NCBI RefSeq assembly: GCF_001194135.2
Contig: NC_068995.1
Span: 14,806,037-14,870,036, forward strand
Length of the DNA stretch: 64,000 nucleotides
Direction of reading: 5' to 3'
Origin: Octopus bimaculoides
Taxonomy: Eukaryota
The notes under the pieces were generated by a model that had not been told where the DNA came from, searched no databases, and saw nothing but the letters and a program-made list of their open reading frames with translations. This document shows positions 1-12,800 of this stretch, in pieces. The translations under genes were made by a program, and so were the position numbers. The stretch's first letter is position 1. The number at the start of each line of letters is the position of its first letter.

Positions 1-1016
1 TATATATACACATATAGGTACAGGTATGGCTATGTGGTAAGAAGCTTGCTTCCCAACCACATGGTTTCAGGTTCAGTCCCAATGCGTGGCACCTTGGGCA
101 AGTGTCTTTTACTATAGCCTCAGGCCAACCAAAACCTTGTGAGTAGATTTGGTAGACGGAAACTGAAAGAAGCCTGCCATATATATATCTGTACATGTTT
201 GTGTTTCTGTGTTTGTCCCCATCACCATCGCTTGACAATCGATGATGGTGTATTTATATCCCCATAACTTAGCAGTTCAGCAAAAGAGCCCAATAGAATA
301 AGTACTAGGCTTACTAAGTTACGGGGACGTAAACACACCAGCATTGGTTGTCAAGCGATGTTAGGGGGACAAACACAGACACACAAACATATACACACAC
401 ACATGTATATATATATACAATGGGCTTCTTTCAGTTTCCGTCTACCAAATCCACTCACAAGGCTTTGGTCGGCCTGAGGCTATAGTAGAAGACACTTACC
501 CAAGGTGCCACACAGTGGGACTGAACCCAGAACCATTTGGTTCGTAAGCATGCTACTTACCACACAGTCACTCCTACACCTATACTACAGATTTTCTTTT
601 AATATATTTTAATTAATGTGTTATACAGTGTAGTACTGTAGTGTATTTTTATTTATTAATTTTGGGGCGTGAAAATGCTTATTTTAACAAAAAAAATTAG
701 AATCTCAAAAAATATAAATACCTATTGGCTGCAGAAACCTGCAATATATTGAGGAATTTGCGATGTGGGGGTGCATATTGAATAATGTGGTTCTTTGTTC
801 ATTGTACCTGGATGATTATGGTTAGATTAATTTTCATCAGAGTTAAACAACAACGTTAACAAATAACAACAACAAAAGATACTGCTTCTGGCAGTGACCT
901 AACAACAACATCTCCATAGCAACTGCTTCGACCAAGGTGGCTGTAAATATAATATAAAAATTTAACTGATATGTATATAAAATTATGTTAAATTTGAAGA
1001 AAAAATGGAAACAATT

Positions 1017-1278
1017 TCAGTTATCCTTTTTGCTGTTCAAAAGGTATTTGGCCTCTTCTTTCGTTGCTGCAAATACCTTGGATTCGATGTTATTTATCAC
1101 AACAGCATTCCACATGCAGATAACTAGGAAGACAGCTAGAAGAGCCATCAATAGATTCCTGAAAGTGTCGACAAATGTCCCTCCTAAACTGAAGCAATTC
1201 ATTAAGAAGAGGACGACAGTACTCAATATTGCCAAAAAAATCCAAATTATTCTGTCTGAAGACAACTTGGATGCATTN
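1017..1278 (-). CDS. SMPD2: Copy 1 exon 8 (last, 5' part in gap): two TM helices, ends NSKKDN*
   Basis: NASKLSSDRIIWIFLAILSTVVLFLM...EEAKYLLNSKKDN, TGA at 1019-1017; homologous to copy 2 last exon. Confidence 0.85.
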
Positions 1279-1978
1279 NNNNNNNNNNNNNNNNNNNNNN
1301 NNNNNNNNNNNNNNNNNNNNNNNNNNNNNNNNNNNNNNNNNNNNNNNNNNNNNNNNNNNNNNNNNNNNNNNNNNNNNNNNNNNNNNNNNNNNNNNNNNNN
1401 NNNNNNNNNNNNNNNNNNNNNNNNNNNNNNNNNNNNNNNNNNNNNNNNNNNNNNNNNNNNNNNNNNNNNNNNNNNNNNNNNNNNNNNNNNNNNNNNNNNN
1501 NNNNNNNNNNNNNNNNNNNNNNNNNNNNNNNNNNNNNNNNNNNNNNNNNNNNNNNNNNNNNNNNNNNNNNNNNNNNNNNNNNNNNNNNNNNNNNNNNNNN
1601 NNNNNNNNNNNNNNNNNNNNNNNNNNNNNNNNNNNNNNNNNNNNNNNNNNNNNNNNNNNNNNNNNNNNNNNNNNNNNNNNNNNNNNNNNNNNNNNNNNNN
1701 NNNNNNNNNNNNNNNNNNNNNNNNNNNNNNNNNNNNNNNNNNNNNNNNNNNNNNNNNNNNNNNNNNNNNNNNNNNNNNNNNNNNNNNNNNNNNNNNNNNN
1801 NNNNNNNNNNNNNNNNNNNNNNNNNNNNNNNNNNNNNNNNNNNNNNNNNNNNNNNNNNNNNNNNNNNNNNNNNNNNNNNNNNNNNNNNNNNNNNNNNNNN
1901 NNNNNNNNNNNNNNNNNNNNNNNNNNNNNNNNNNNNNNNNNNNNNNNNNNNNNNNNNNNNNNNNNNNNNNNNNNNNNN

Positions 1979-2011
<33 letters not shown>

Positions 2012-5000
2012 AAAAACACACACACACACATATATATATATATCATCACTATCATCATCATCGTTTAACGTCCGCTTTCCATGCTGGCATGGGTTGGATG
2101 GTTTGACTGAGGACTGATGAGCCAGATGGCTGCACCAGGCTGATCTGATCTGGCAGAGTTTCTACAGCTGGATGACCTTCCTAATGTCAATCACTCTGAG
2201 AGTGTAGTAGGTGCTTTTACATGCCACCAGTACAAGGGCCAGTCTGGCGGTACAGGCAACGGCCACGCTCAAATGGTGTTTTTCATGTGCCACCTGCACA
2301 GGAACCAGTCCAGTGGCACTGGCAACGACGATGGATTTCTTTCAGTTTCCATCTACCAAATCTATTCACAAGGCTTTGGTTGGCCCAAGGCTACAGTAGA
2401 AGATACTCGCTCAAGGTGCTATGCAGTGGGATTGAATCTGGAACCATGTGGTTAGGAAGCAACCTTCTTAGCACCCAGCCACACCTGTGCCTTTGTTTAT
2501 ATGTAGGATAATATTGTAGGACAGGTGTGACAGGTAAGATCTGGTCAGTTTGAACATATAACAGGTGGAATATTTAGGCCAGACATAGCCACTTTAAATG
2601 CCAATGGGTTAAAGAGACAAAGCTGAGTTTATACCATCATGTTATGAGGAGGACCCCCAGGTCATAAATTTATTAGAAAGCCAAAATGAAGTAATAGAAG
2701 CATTCAGGTTTTGAGCGAAACTCAGAGGATCTGTATTTATTAGAGAAACAAAATGAAATATTCATGTTTTTCACAAGGGACATTAGGAGCATAAGTAGAA
2801 TAAAATGATTTCCTCTAAGAATTGAAATTAATTTACTAGTACAACTTACTGAAGCCATGCTTCTGCAATTTTACAAAGAATGGCTCATGAGGATTGCACC
2901 AACCAGGTACAAAGTGCAGTAGGTAAAGTGAAAGTCAACAATGACTTTAGTAAGGAATTCAGAGAGTTGGATTCCATCTAAGCTTAGTCGTTAATTCCCT
3001 TCCAATTCATCATAGTCCTACATGCCATCACAAAGCACTTTAAGATTGGATGTCCATGAATACTCCTATATTCTGATGATCTAATTTCCATAGCTGAAGC
3101 TATAAGGAAATTAGAAAGGAAATTCCAGGCATGGAAACTAAACCAAGAATCGAAAGGTCTTAAAGTAAACCAAGCAAAGACAAAGGATTTAGTAAGTATG
3201 AAAGAAGACAGGACTCTGGCACCTTCAGGAAAGTGGCCTTGCTTGATATGCAGGAAGAAAGTAAGTATAAACTCCATATGCTATATCTGATGGAGGCTAT
3301 GGGCACACAAGAAGTATAGTGGAATTGCAGGCAGACTAGCAAAGAACATGAGCTTCATATGTAATAGATACACTGGAGCAGCTCAGACAATGAGCATACC
3401 AGAAATAGACTCTCTTAAATGCCCAGATGAAAGTAGCTGATAGTTTTTGTTTGTTTTTTTTATCTAGATGTATTTAGCAAGGGAATGGTAACTCTGAAAG
3501 ACCAGTGACCAGAGTTAGAACAGGCTGGTGAAAGTTCAGGGAGCTACTTTCACTAATAGCAACAAAGATTTTTTCCTACACTGTGAAAGACAGATTGTAT
3601 GATACTTGTGTTAGAACTGCAATGCTGCATGGTAGTGAAACTGGAAAGGAATGAAGGTAGCCTGTTCCATTGGATGTGGAGTGTAAGTATGCATGAACAA
3701 CATAGTCTAAATCTGTTGAGAGGAAAATTGGGCAGAAGACAAATCAGATATAGTGTGCAGGAAAGAAGTATGTGCTGATATGGACATGATTTGGGTATGT
3801 GTTGTGTATGGTTGAGGGCAGCTATACAAAGGAATGCCTATCACTTAATGTGTTTGGAGCTTGCAGAAGTGGGAAGATATCTGATGAAGTAGTGAAAGCT
3901 GCTCTCAGAAGCCTGAGCCTCAGGGAGGTGATGACAAATCACATGTAGCCATAAAAGATGAGACTGTCATGCCTGGAATGCTTTTCATCATAAGGTCTGT
4001 TTGATGAGGGCTGATCTAAGGGGTGACGGTTAAAAAGCAAAAATATTGTTTTCTTCTCTTTTGATATTGGACTAAAATGTTTCAATGAAATTTGCCTGAA
4101 TTAAATGCTTTTTGAATGAATCTCACCTGTAGGTGCACTCATTAAATTAAAGGTAGCTGAAACTCCTTCGTGGTCAGANNNNNNNNNNNNNNNNNNNNNN
4201 NNNNNNNNNNNNNNNNNNNNNNNNNNNNNNNNNNNNNNNNNNNNNNNNNNNNNNNNNNNNNNNNNNNNNNNNNNNNNNNNNNTATGTCTGTACCTGAAAC
4301 ATATTAAATTGCTCTTGTTAGCTTTCTGAGGTTTTTAAAAATTTAATTAATTATTTATTTATTTATTTATTTTTATAGCTCAGATTAGAGAGAGAGAAAC
4401 AATTTGTTTTCAGTTCTAGTTTGGAGAATAACAAAAACAAAGAAAAGAAAAGAAAGAAAGAGAGGGGGAGGGGAAGGAAGGAAGGATCACACTATTATGT
4501 GTACCAGAAATCTTGGTCAGTGATCATAATGAATAAAGAATTCATTTGGGCTGTAAGAATTGACAACAGCATTGTATGAAATGGTAAAACAAATAAATAA
4601 ATAGTAATAGTAATATCATTATTTCTAATATACTCACAAGGCTTGAAATTTGCCGGCAAAGAAGAGTCAGTTATAATTTATCTCAGAACTTCACTGATAC
4701 GTAATTCTAATTGACCCCCAAAAAGGATACAAACCAAAGTTGAAAATCTGCCTCAATGAATTCCATCTGACCCATACCAGCACAGGAAATCATCATCATC
4801 ATTTAACATCTGTTTTCTATGCTGGCATGGTTTGGATGTTTTGACAGGAGCTGGCCAGCCGAAGAGCAGCTCCAAGCTCCAATTGTCTGTTTTGGTGTGA
4901 TTTGCTACAACGGGAAGCCCTTCATAGTGCCAGCCACTTTACAGAGTGTGTTGGGTGCTCTTTACAAGGTATCAGCGTTGGTGCATTATACGTGGCACTC

Positions 5001-5230
5001 TCAAAGGTGCTTTTACATAGCACCATTACAGGGGCTTTTAAGTGGAGCTGGCACAGGTGTTTTAACGTGGTACTTGCATGGGTGTTTTGACATGCCACTG
5101 GCACACAGGTGTTTCTATGCAGCCCTGGCACAGGTGCTTTTATGTGGTTCTAGTAGTGGTGATGACAATGATGGTTCTGATGATGAATGATGATGCAACA
5201 ATGGCAAAAGTGGTGGTGGTGGTGATGGAG

Positions 5231-5279
<49 letters not shown>

Positions 5280-7372
5280 GAGCAGTAGTAGTAGTAGCAG
5301 TAGCAGCAGCAGCAATAGTACCTGAATTAGCTCGAAACAGCAGATAGTCAATCCTTATGCCACCTGGAAATGTCAGTTTGGAAGCAGCACTAGTATAACA
5401 GTTGTCAGGTAGCTCACAGGTGCTAGCAAATTCCTCATCAATGACATCAGGCTGTGAAAAATGAAAACATAAAACAAAAACGAAAATAATATACATTATA
5501 TAATATTTTGAGCCTCACGGAGGCAGTGACAAGTGACCGAGACCTTTGGCAATATGTCATGCTTGAGAAAACCTATCAAACCAAGTGAGATCATAGTCAT
5601 GGCTGACGTCAGTGTTTTGTAACTGGCACCCATTCCAGGGACACATAAAAAGCCCCTACTATATACTTTTGGAGTGGTTGGCATTAGGAAGGGCATCCAG
5701 CTATAGAAACCATGCTGAATCAGATTGAAACCTGGAGCAGCTTCCCAGCTTACCAGTTTTCAGTCAAACCGTCCGACCCATGCCAGCATGGAAAATGGAC
5801 ATTCAATGATGATGATGATAATGATGATGAATATTCGTTTCAAATCTTGGCACAAGACCATCAATTTTGGAGAGGCATAAGGTGATTACATCAAACTCAG
5901 TGTTTAGATTTATATATAAATCTAATATAGTCAATTTAGAAAGGTATACTCTTTTACTCTTTTACTTGTTTCAGTCATTTGACTGTGGCCATGTTGGAGC
6001 ACCGCTTTTAGTCGAGCAAATCGACCCCAGGACTTATTCTTTGTAAGCCTAGTACTTATTCTATCGGTCTCTTTTGCCGAACCGCTAAGTTACAGCGATG
6101 TAAACACACCAGTATCGGTTGTCAATCGATGTTGGGGGGGACAAACACAGACACACAAACATATACACACACATACATATATATATACACATATGCGACG
6201 GGCTTCTTTCAGTTTCCGTCTACCAAATCCACTCACAAGGCTTTGGTCGGCCCGAGGCTATAGTAGAAGACACTTGCCCAAGGTGCCACGCAGTGGGACT
6301 GAACCCAGAACCATGTGGTTGGTAAGCAAGCTGCTTACCATACAGCTACTCCTAGGAAAAATCTTTATAGAATCTTTAAGTGTCTTGTTCTTTCTATTGC
6401 TATAGAAAATGAATATAGTAGGGTGGATTTTTCTGGATATTACTCTTGAGTTACATTATGAATTACACCAACCATAAGGTTGATGTCATTCATTCTGCCT
6501 TTCTTTTAAATATTTGCACTAAACTATTGTCCTTTACAACCTTACCTAGATCCGGCCTTCCACCCTACCACTTTACTGAAATTTTAATGTTTGACCTCTC
6601 ACCCTGATACAATACTGACATATCTCTATCATTACTTTTACTTTTATTTCATTTTTATTTCATTCTTATTTTTTTACTCTTTTACCTCTATCTTATTTTT
6701 ATTCCTTTCTCCTCTCTTTTATACACTTTCACTCACAAAACCAATTCATGGTATCTCTATCATTACCTTTACTTTTATTTTATTTCTATTGTTATTATTT
6801 TTATCTATATTTTTATTTTTACCCTTTTTGCTACTATCCTATTTTTATTCCTTTCTCCTCTCTCTCTCTCTCATACACTCACTCACAAAACCCATTCATA
6901 TCTATCATACTTCCTTGCTCTCTATACACATTTACAATATGAATACATCATTAAAAATATTGCCAAAATAGCGCCTAGACTTACCTAAGGTTTTAACTAA
7001 AGACCTGTACCTTCATAGAAGTACCGACCAACATCCATATCCTCCGGAAAAAGATGAGTTGTGAACATTATTCTTCAGCCTATATTCTTCAAACAATCTT
7101 TACTCTTTATTCTTCTATATTACTCTTTTATTCTTCTATTTTATTCTTTATAAACTGAATGTTATTCCTTGTAAACTGTAAATTTTCCCTGTCTAAAATA
7201 TTTATACCTTGGTCTCTGATAACAGAATACTCAGTGCGAAGACATACTAACCTATCATTTGGGTTATCCCAGAAATGGCTGTAAGACTTCAAATTAGCTT
7301 TGTCCTAATTAAATTAGGACAAAGCCCTTGAGATACACGTTTTACCTTGGTTTTGATTTTTCCTTTGATATA

Positions 7373-7411
<39 letters not shown>

Positions 7412-9013
7412 TGCACACCATACACATATACACACTTAGGCTTCCACACAGTCGCTCTCTATCAAGTTCACTCACAGGTCATCGGTTGGTCTAGTGCTAT
7501 ACTAGACACTTGCCCAAGGTACCGTACAGTNNNNNNNNNNNNNNNNNNNNNNNNNNNNNNNNNNNNNNNNNNNNNNNNNNNNNNNNNNNNNNNNNNNNNN
7601 NNNNNNNNNNNNNNNNNNNNNNNNNNNNNNNNNNNNNNNNNNNNNNNNNNNNNNNNNNNNNNNNNNNNNNNNNNNNNNNNNNNNNNNNNNNNNNNNNNNN
7701 NNNNNNNNNNNNNNNNNNNNNNNNNNNNNNNNNNNNNNNNNNNNNNNNNNNNNNNNNNNNNNNNNNNNNNNNGAAGTAAATTTTCCAAACTGTTATAAAT
7801 TTCCTAATTCCAAATGGAAACACAAATTTTACTGACCTTTTTCAACCACGCATCATTTAACATGGCATTGGTAGTAAGGATTTTGTAATTGAGGGAGTTT
7901 GATTCCATATTACAGTCTCCGCCAACAAAGACAGCATCACATTTCTCTGAAGTCTGTTTTATAAACTGGCTAAGTTGAAATGACTGTATCAAACGATGAG
8001 TGAAATATTCGTCATTATCTTTATTATACTCTGCATGGATCTGGAACGAAATAGAAAGAGCTTAAACAGCATATTTATTTAAAAAATGATTATTATAATT
8101 ATTATACATTTCACTTCCCAGAGTCCTCAATTTCACTTGGTCCAGCTAATTCTGTAAGAGTTGACAAACAACCTTCTGCCAAGAGGCCGATTAGATGTAA
8201 ACAAAGCCATGTGCTTCAATTGACAGTAATTCACATTACAACGAAATATAGCCAAAATAAAAACTTGATCTTTGGTTCTGCTTTTATCACATTCCTGACA
8301 ATAATGTCTGTTCATTTCCTTCAGGTATTTTGCTAATTGCAAATAAACATTTCTTTTCTTATCACAATACAATGTCAACATGGCAGATAATGCATGTGAG
8401 AGAACTCAGAGGGTTGAGCAGGTAAGGGCAACGTTTTCCAAGAAGCAGGCTGCATGAAACATGATTCATTACAAGGTGAACCATACTACTAAAAAAAATA
8501 CAAAGTAATTTTTCATTTAGGCATGTCATTCAGAAAATCCTGCAGACCATAGCTTACCTATGATTGATGTAGGGTTTCTGAACAAGCACTACAGAAATTA
8601 AACAAAACCAACAACAACAGCAACACACATGATGTGGCTTCTTCCCCCTCTCCATACTTCCTCGCCTCCTGTATAGGAATGAGATGAGTGCAAATCACTT
8701 TTTGGACACTGCCAATTGGACACAGCTAACTGGGTGTTAAATTTGCTTTGGTGAGAGTACTTTTTGGCACTGGAGGCAAACAGACATACACAAACACATC
8801 GAAAAATATATACATACAGAAATAGAGAGATACATTACAATTTATTAAATTAAGCACAGGTCTGGCTGTGTGGTAAGATGTGTGCTTTCCAGCCACATGG
8901 TTCTGGGTTCAATCCCACTGCATGGCACCTTCAGCAGGTGTCTTTTGCTATAGCCTTGTATAGATCAATGCCCTGGGAGTGATTTCAGTAGATGGAAACT
9001 GAAAAGATCCTAT

Positions 9014-9053
<40 letters not shown>

Positions 9054-9611
9054 CATATGTATGTATGTATGTATTATGTATGTAAGTGTGTGCGTGTGTT
9101 GTGTTCTTGTGCAAGACACTTTATTTCATGTTGCTCCAGTTCACTAAACTGTAGAAATGAGTTGTGACATCACTGGGACCAAGCTGTATCGACCTTTGCC
9201 TTTCTCTTAGATAACATCACTGGCATGGAGACGGGAAGCTGGTATGCATGAGTGACTGCTGGTCTTCCATAAACAACCTTTCCCGGACTTGTACCTCAGG
9301 GGGGAACTTGTTAGGTGCAATCCCATGATCATTTATAAATGAAGGGGGTCTTTCCTTCCTATCAAACAAGTAGTGTCATTCATTTTTAATATTCTGCAAG
9401 AACATGTCTGGCCATGGGGAAATATTAAGCTGTTTCGAAACAGGTGAGGGTTGGTGACAGGAAGGGCATCCAGCCATAGAAAAATCTGCCTCAATAAAGC
9501 CCCATCCAACCCCATGCAAGCATGGAAAAGTGGACACTAAAATGGATGATGATGATGATAGAATATGATTGATATAATCACATTCCTCTCTACTCACACA
9601 CATAAACAGTG

Positions 9612-9663
<52 letters not shown>

Positions 9664-9733
9664 NNNNNNNNNNNNNNNNNNNNNNNNNNNNNNNNNNNNN
9701 NNNNNNNNNNNNNNNNNNNNNNNNNNNNNNNNN

Positions 9734-9800
<67 letters not shown>

Positions 9801-12800
9801 CATTAAAACTTCTGATGCCAAATAAGTCAACATCACATCAGTAATGTTAAATAGGTGGCACCAGAACAGCTGTGCCGAAACATCTCATACCCATCCAGTA
9901 TCAAAACTACTTTCCTCCCAAAAGTTATTGAAATGCTGTCTTTTCTCTTGTAATCAAACCACAAAATTGTTTTAAGAAAGAAAAAAAAACACAAAACATA
10001 AAGTGCTGAAAGTTTCAGCCAGACTTACATGTGTTATGTAGATGTTGATCTTGAAGCCATTGGCTTCAACTTTGATAAGACCAACTCCTTTGCCAGCAAA
10101 CCAGTCACCATGCTGTAACTTATGTGCATAGCCATTTAGACGAAAATTGAAATAGAGAACATCGTTGATTTGGTATTTTGTGAAGACACACATACCACTG
10201 CCAAAACTGCCACTGTATAAATTATATAAAGCAAAATGATGATGATGATAATAATAATAGTAATAATAATAATGATAATAATAATAATAATGATAATAAT
10301 AATAATAATGATAATAATAATAATAATAATAATAATCATAATAATAATAATAATAATAATAATAATTGTCCTGATCCAGTACCAGGCAGTGGATCTCATG
10401 GCTTCTGACCATAACTGATTGGAAGTGTTATCATGTACATTGTTTTGTTTTGGTATAAAAGATGGGCTACAGCTGATATTCTTCTCATTACCACAATACC
10501 AAAGATGGGCTACAGCAAATATTCTGCTCAATACTGTAGATTAATCTGCTCAATACCATAGGTTAAGGTCAGTTGAGTATGTCTCTTAGTGGCTGATGAT
10601 ATGCGCATCTCTGATCACGAGCAGAAGTAGTTGGGGAGCATCATAGCCATGTATTGAGAGGAATCCTTTGGTTTTGAATAATTCACCTCTGGAAACATGG
10701 GTGTTTCTCTCAACATCCGTAAACAAAGTAGTTGACCATTAAATGGTTTTAATATATTTTACAGAAAAAGCAAGCATTACACCGTCCAGCAAGCCCATTA
10801 AATGAGTCAACTTCCGGTACAAATGTTTACGTTTTGTACATCTTTTTTCAGCAAACAAAATTTCAAAAAAATTCTGGAAACAAACTACACAAGTAATTAA
10901 TGCACACACTAAAGTTTATTTTTATTTTTGCAAAAAAAAAGTGCATAAATTACATGGGTTTTTACGGTAAGTGGACATATGTGGCTTAGTGGTTAAGGAT
11001 GTTGCACTCATGATTGTAAGATTGTGGTTTTGATTCTTGGACCAGGCAATGCATTGGATTCTTGAGCAAAACATTTCATTTCACATTGTTTCAATCAACA
11101 CTGCAAGCAAAAATGAATAATCCTGCAATGGACTAGTGACCTGTCCGGAAAGAAATATACCACAGAATCCAGGAAACCAGCCTAATGAGTTTCTGGCTTG
11201 GGGTGAACCTTTGATCCTTTTTGCTTTTGGACAAATGACAAATATTATACCAAATGGATTTATGTTCACCTGGCTCCCTAGGAAATATAAACAAGCTGAC
11301 ATGAGCTCTCCATATAACTGCTTGTATAATGTAATCGATTTTGTAGGTTTGTGCTAACAGATTGATATTTTGACTTGGTTTCAGTATTTTTATTATGTGA
11401 AACAAATACATGGAGATGCATGGCTTAGTGGTTAAGAACATTGCACACATGATTGTAAGATTGTGGATTCACTTCCTGGATTAGGCAATTCATTGCATTC
11501 TTGAGCAAAACATTTCATTTCACATTGATCCTCCCATTTAGGAGGGAATATGTATAGCACAGAAACTGAGAAATCAGCCTAATGAGATTCCTATTTTATG
11601 CTACTGAACCCCCATAGCCATTCAATGTTTAAAATTACGGTCAAATTGAAAAAGAGGTTTTAGTAATTATGTTTGCCATAAGAAAATTTCACAGATTCTT
11701 AGAGAGTAGAAGTTTTCGACTGCAGAGTGACCATCAGACCATCATCTGTTATTATCTATATATGGGTAGAAGAAAGGGATCCTTACCCACACTACTATTA
11801 GATTGCAATGCTGGGGTACTGTATTACTAAATTACAATTTTAAGATGGAGTTTATACTGTTTAAGAAATTAGGACATGCTGATTGTTTATCAAGATTGAC
11901 ACCAAAAAATACTGAACTGTTTGAGGATATCTTGATTGCAGTGTTGCAAGCAGAAAAAGAAATTTAAAATATATGTACTACTCGAATCTAGGTACAATAC
12001 TCAGTATTCACTGTTCAACCACCAACTGTTCAACTAAAATGGTAAACCAACATGGCCGATCTAACACCGTCAACTGTCTGCTGACAGTTCTCTCAGTTCT
12101 TATTTATTGTAATCGGTTAATCCACCTTCAGCCATGTGGGGGGTGTTCAGGATACTCCCATAACAAAAATGGTTGAGAAACATGAGACTGACTAGATGGT
12201 CAAGTCACTTGGTTTAACACTACCACCTCCAGATGAGGATAGATTCCTCCTTCCCTCCTACAAGAGCTATAAAAGGACCATGGTCACTGCCTTCCCTCCA
12301 CATCAAACAACAAAAACAAAACTACTTCCTTACCTGTAAAAATAGTGGGAATATGGTAATTTATTTGAAATAATTAACTGTAAATATTCAAAGTCAGACG
12401 TGCACCAAATCTGCAAGAAACAAACATTGTTAAACTAGAATTCATTGAAAGAATTGTCAGAAATTGAAAGAAAAATTAGAAAATATTTACTTTATTTGCA
12501 TATAAAACGATTTAAATGTTGTTGTTGTTGAGCTTAATTTTTTCTCATGGAGGGAGAGCCATGAGGATTGAAAAGTAAGAAGATAATGACCAGTAAGCGA
12601 TCAATAAGTGTTATTTCCTATTTGCTTCTATTTAGAAATCGAAGGAAATGACTACTATTCCCTTCAAACTTTGCTTTGCTTTTGTGCACTGGACATCAGT
12701 GTTTTGAAACTGACCTATTTTCTGTTACACTTCAGACAAATTCAGTGTTGAGTTTTTGAAGCAGAAATATTGTCGTAGCAAATATTCTGCTCAATACCAC

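Noticed and set aside
985-2106. Long plus-strand ORFs and other X-filled ORFs
   Set aside because: Antisense to the TM exon or inflated by N runs.
2930-2985. Minus-strand MESNSLN resembling exon 5 (possible exon relic)
   Set aside because: The plus strand reads as continuous RTE reverse transcriptase, so the match is coincidental.
7215-7325. CTGATAA...GCGAAG hammerhead-like string and a 13-bp palindrome at 7297-7325
   Set aside because: Stem II does not form cleanly and the core deviates at several positions; short palindromes are common here.
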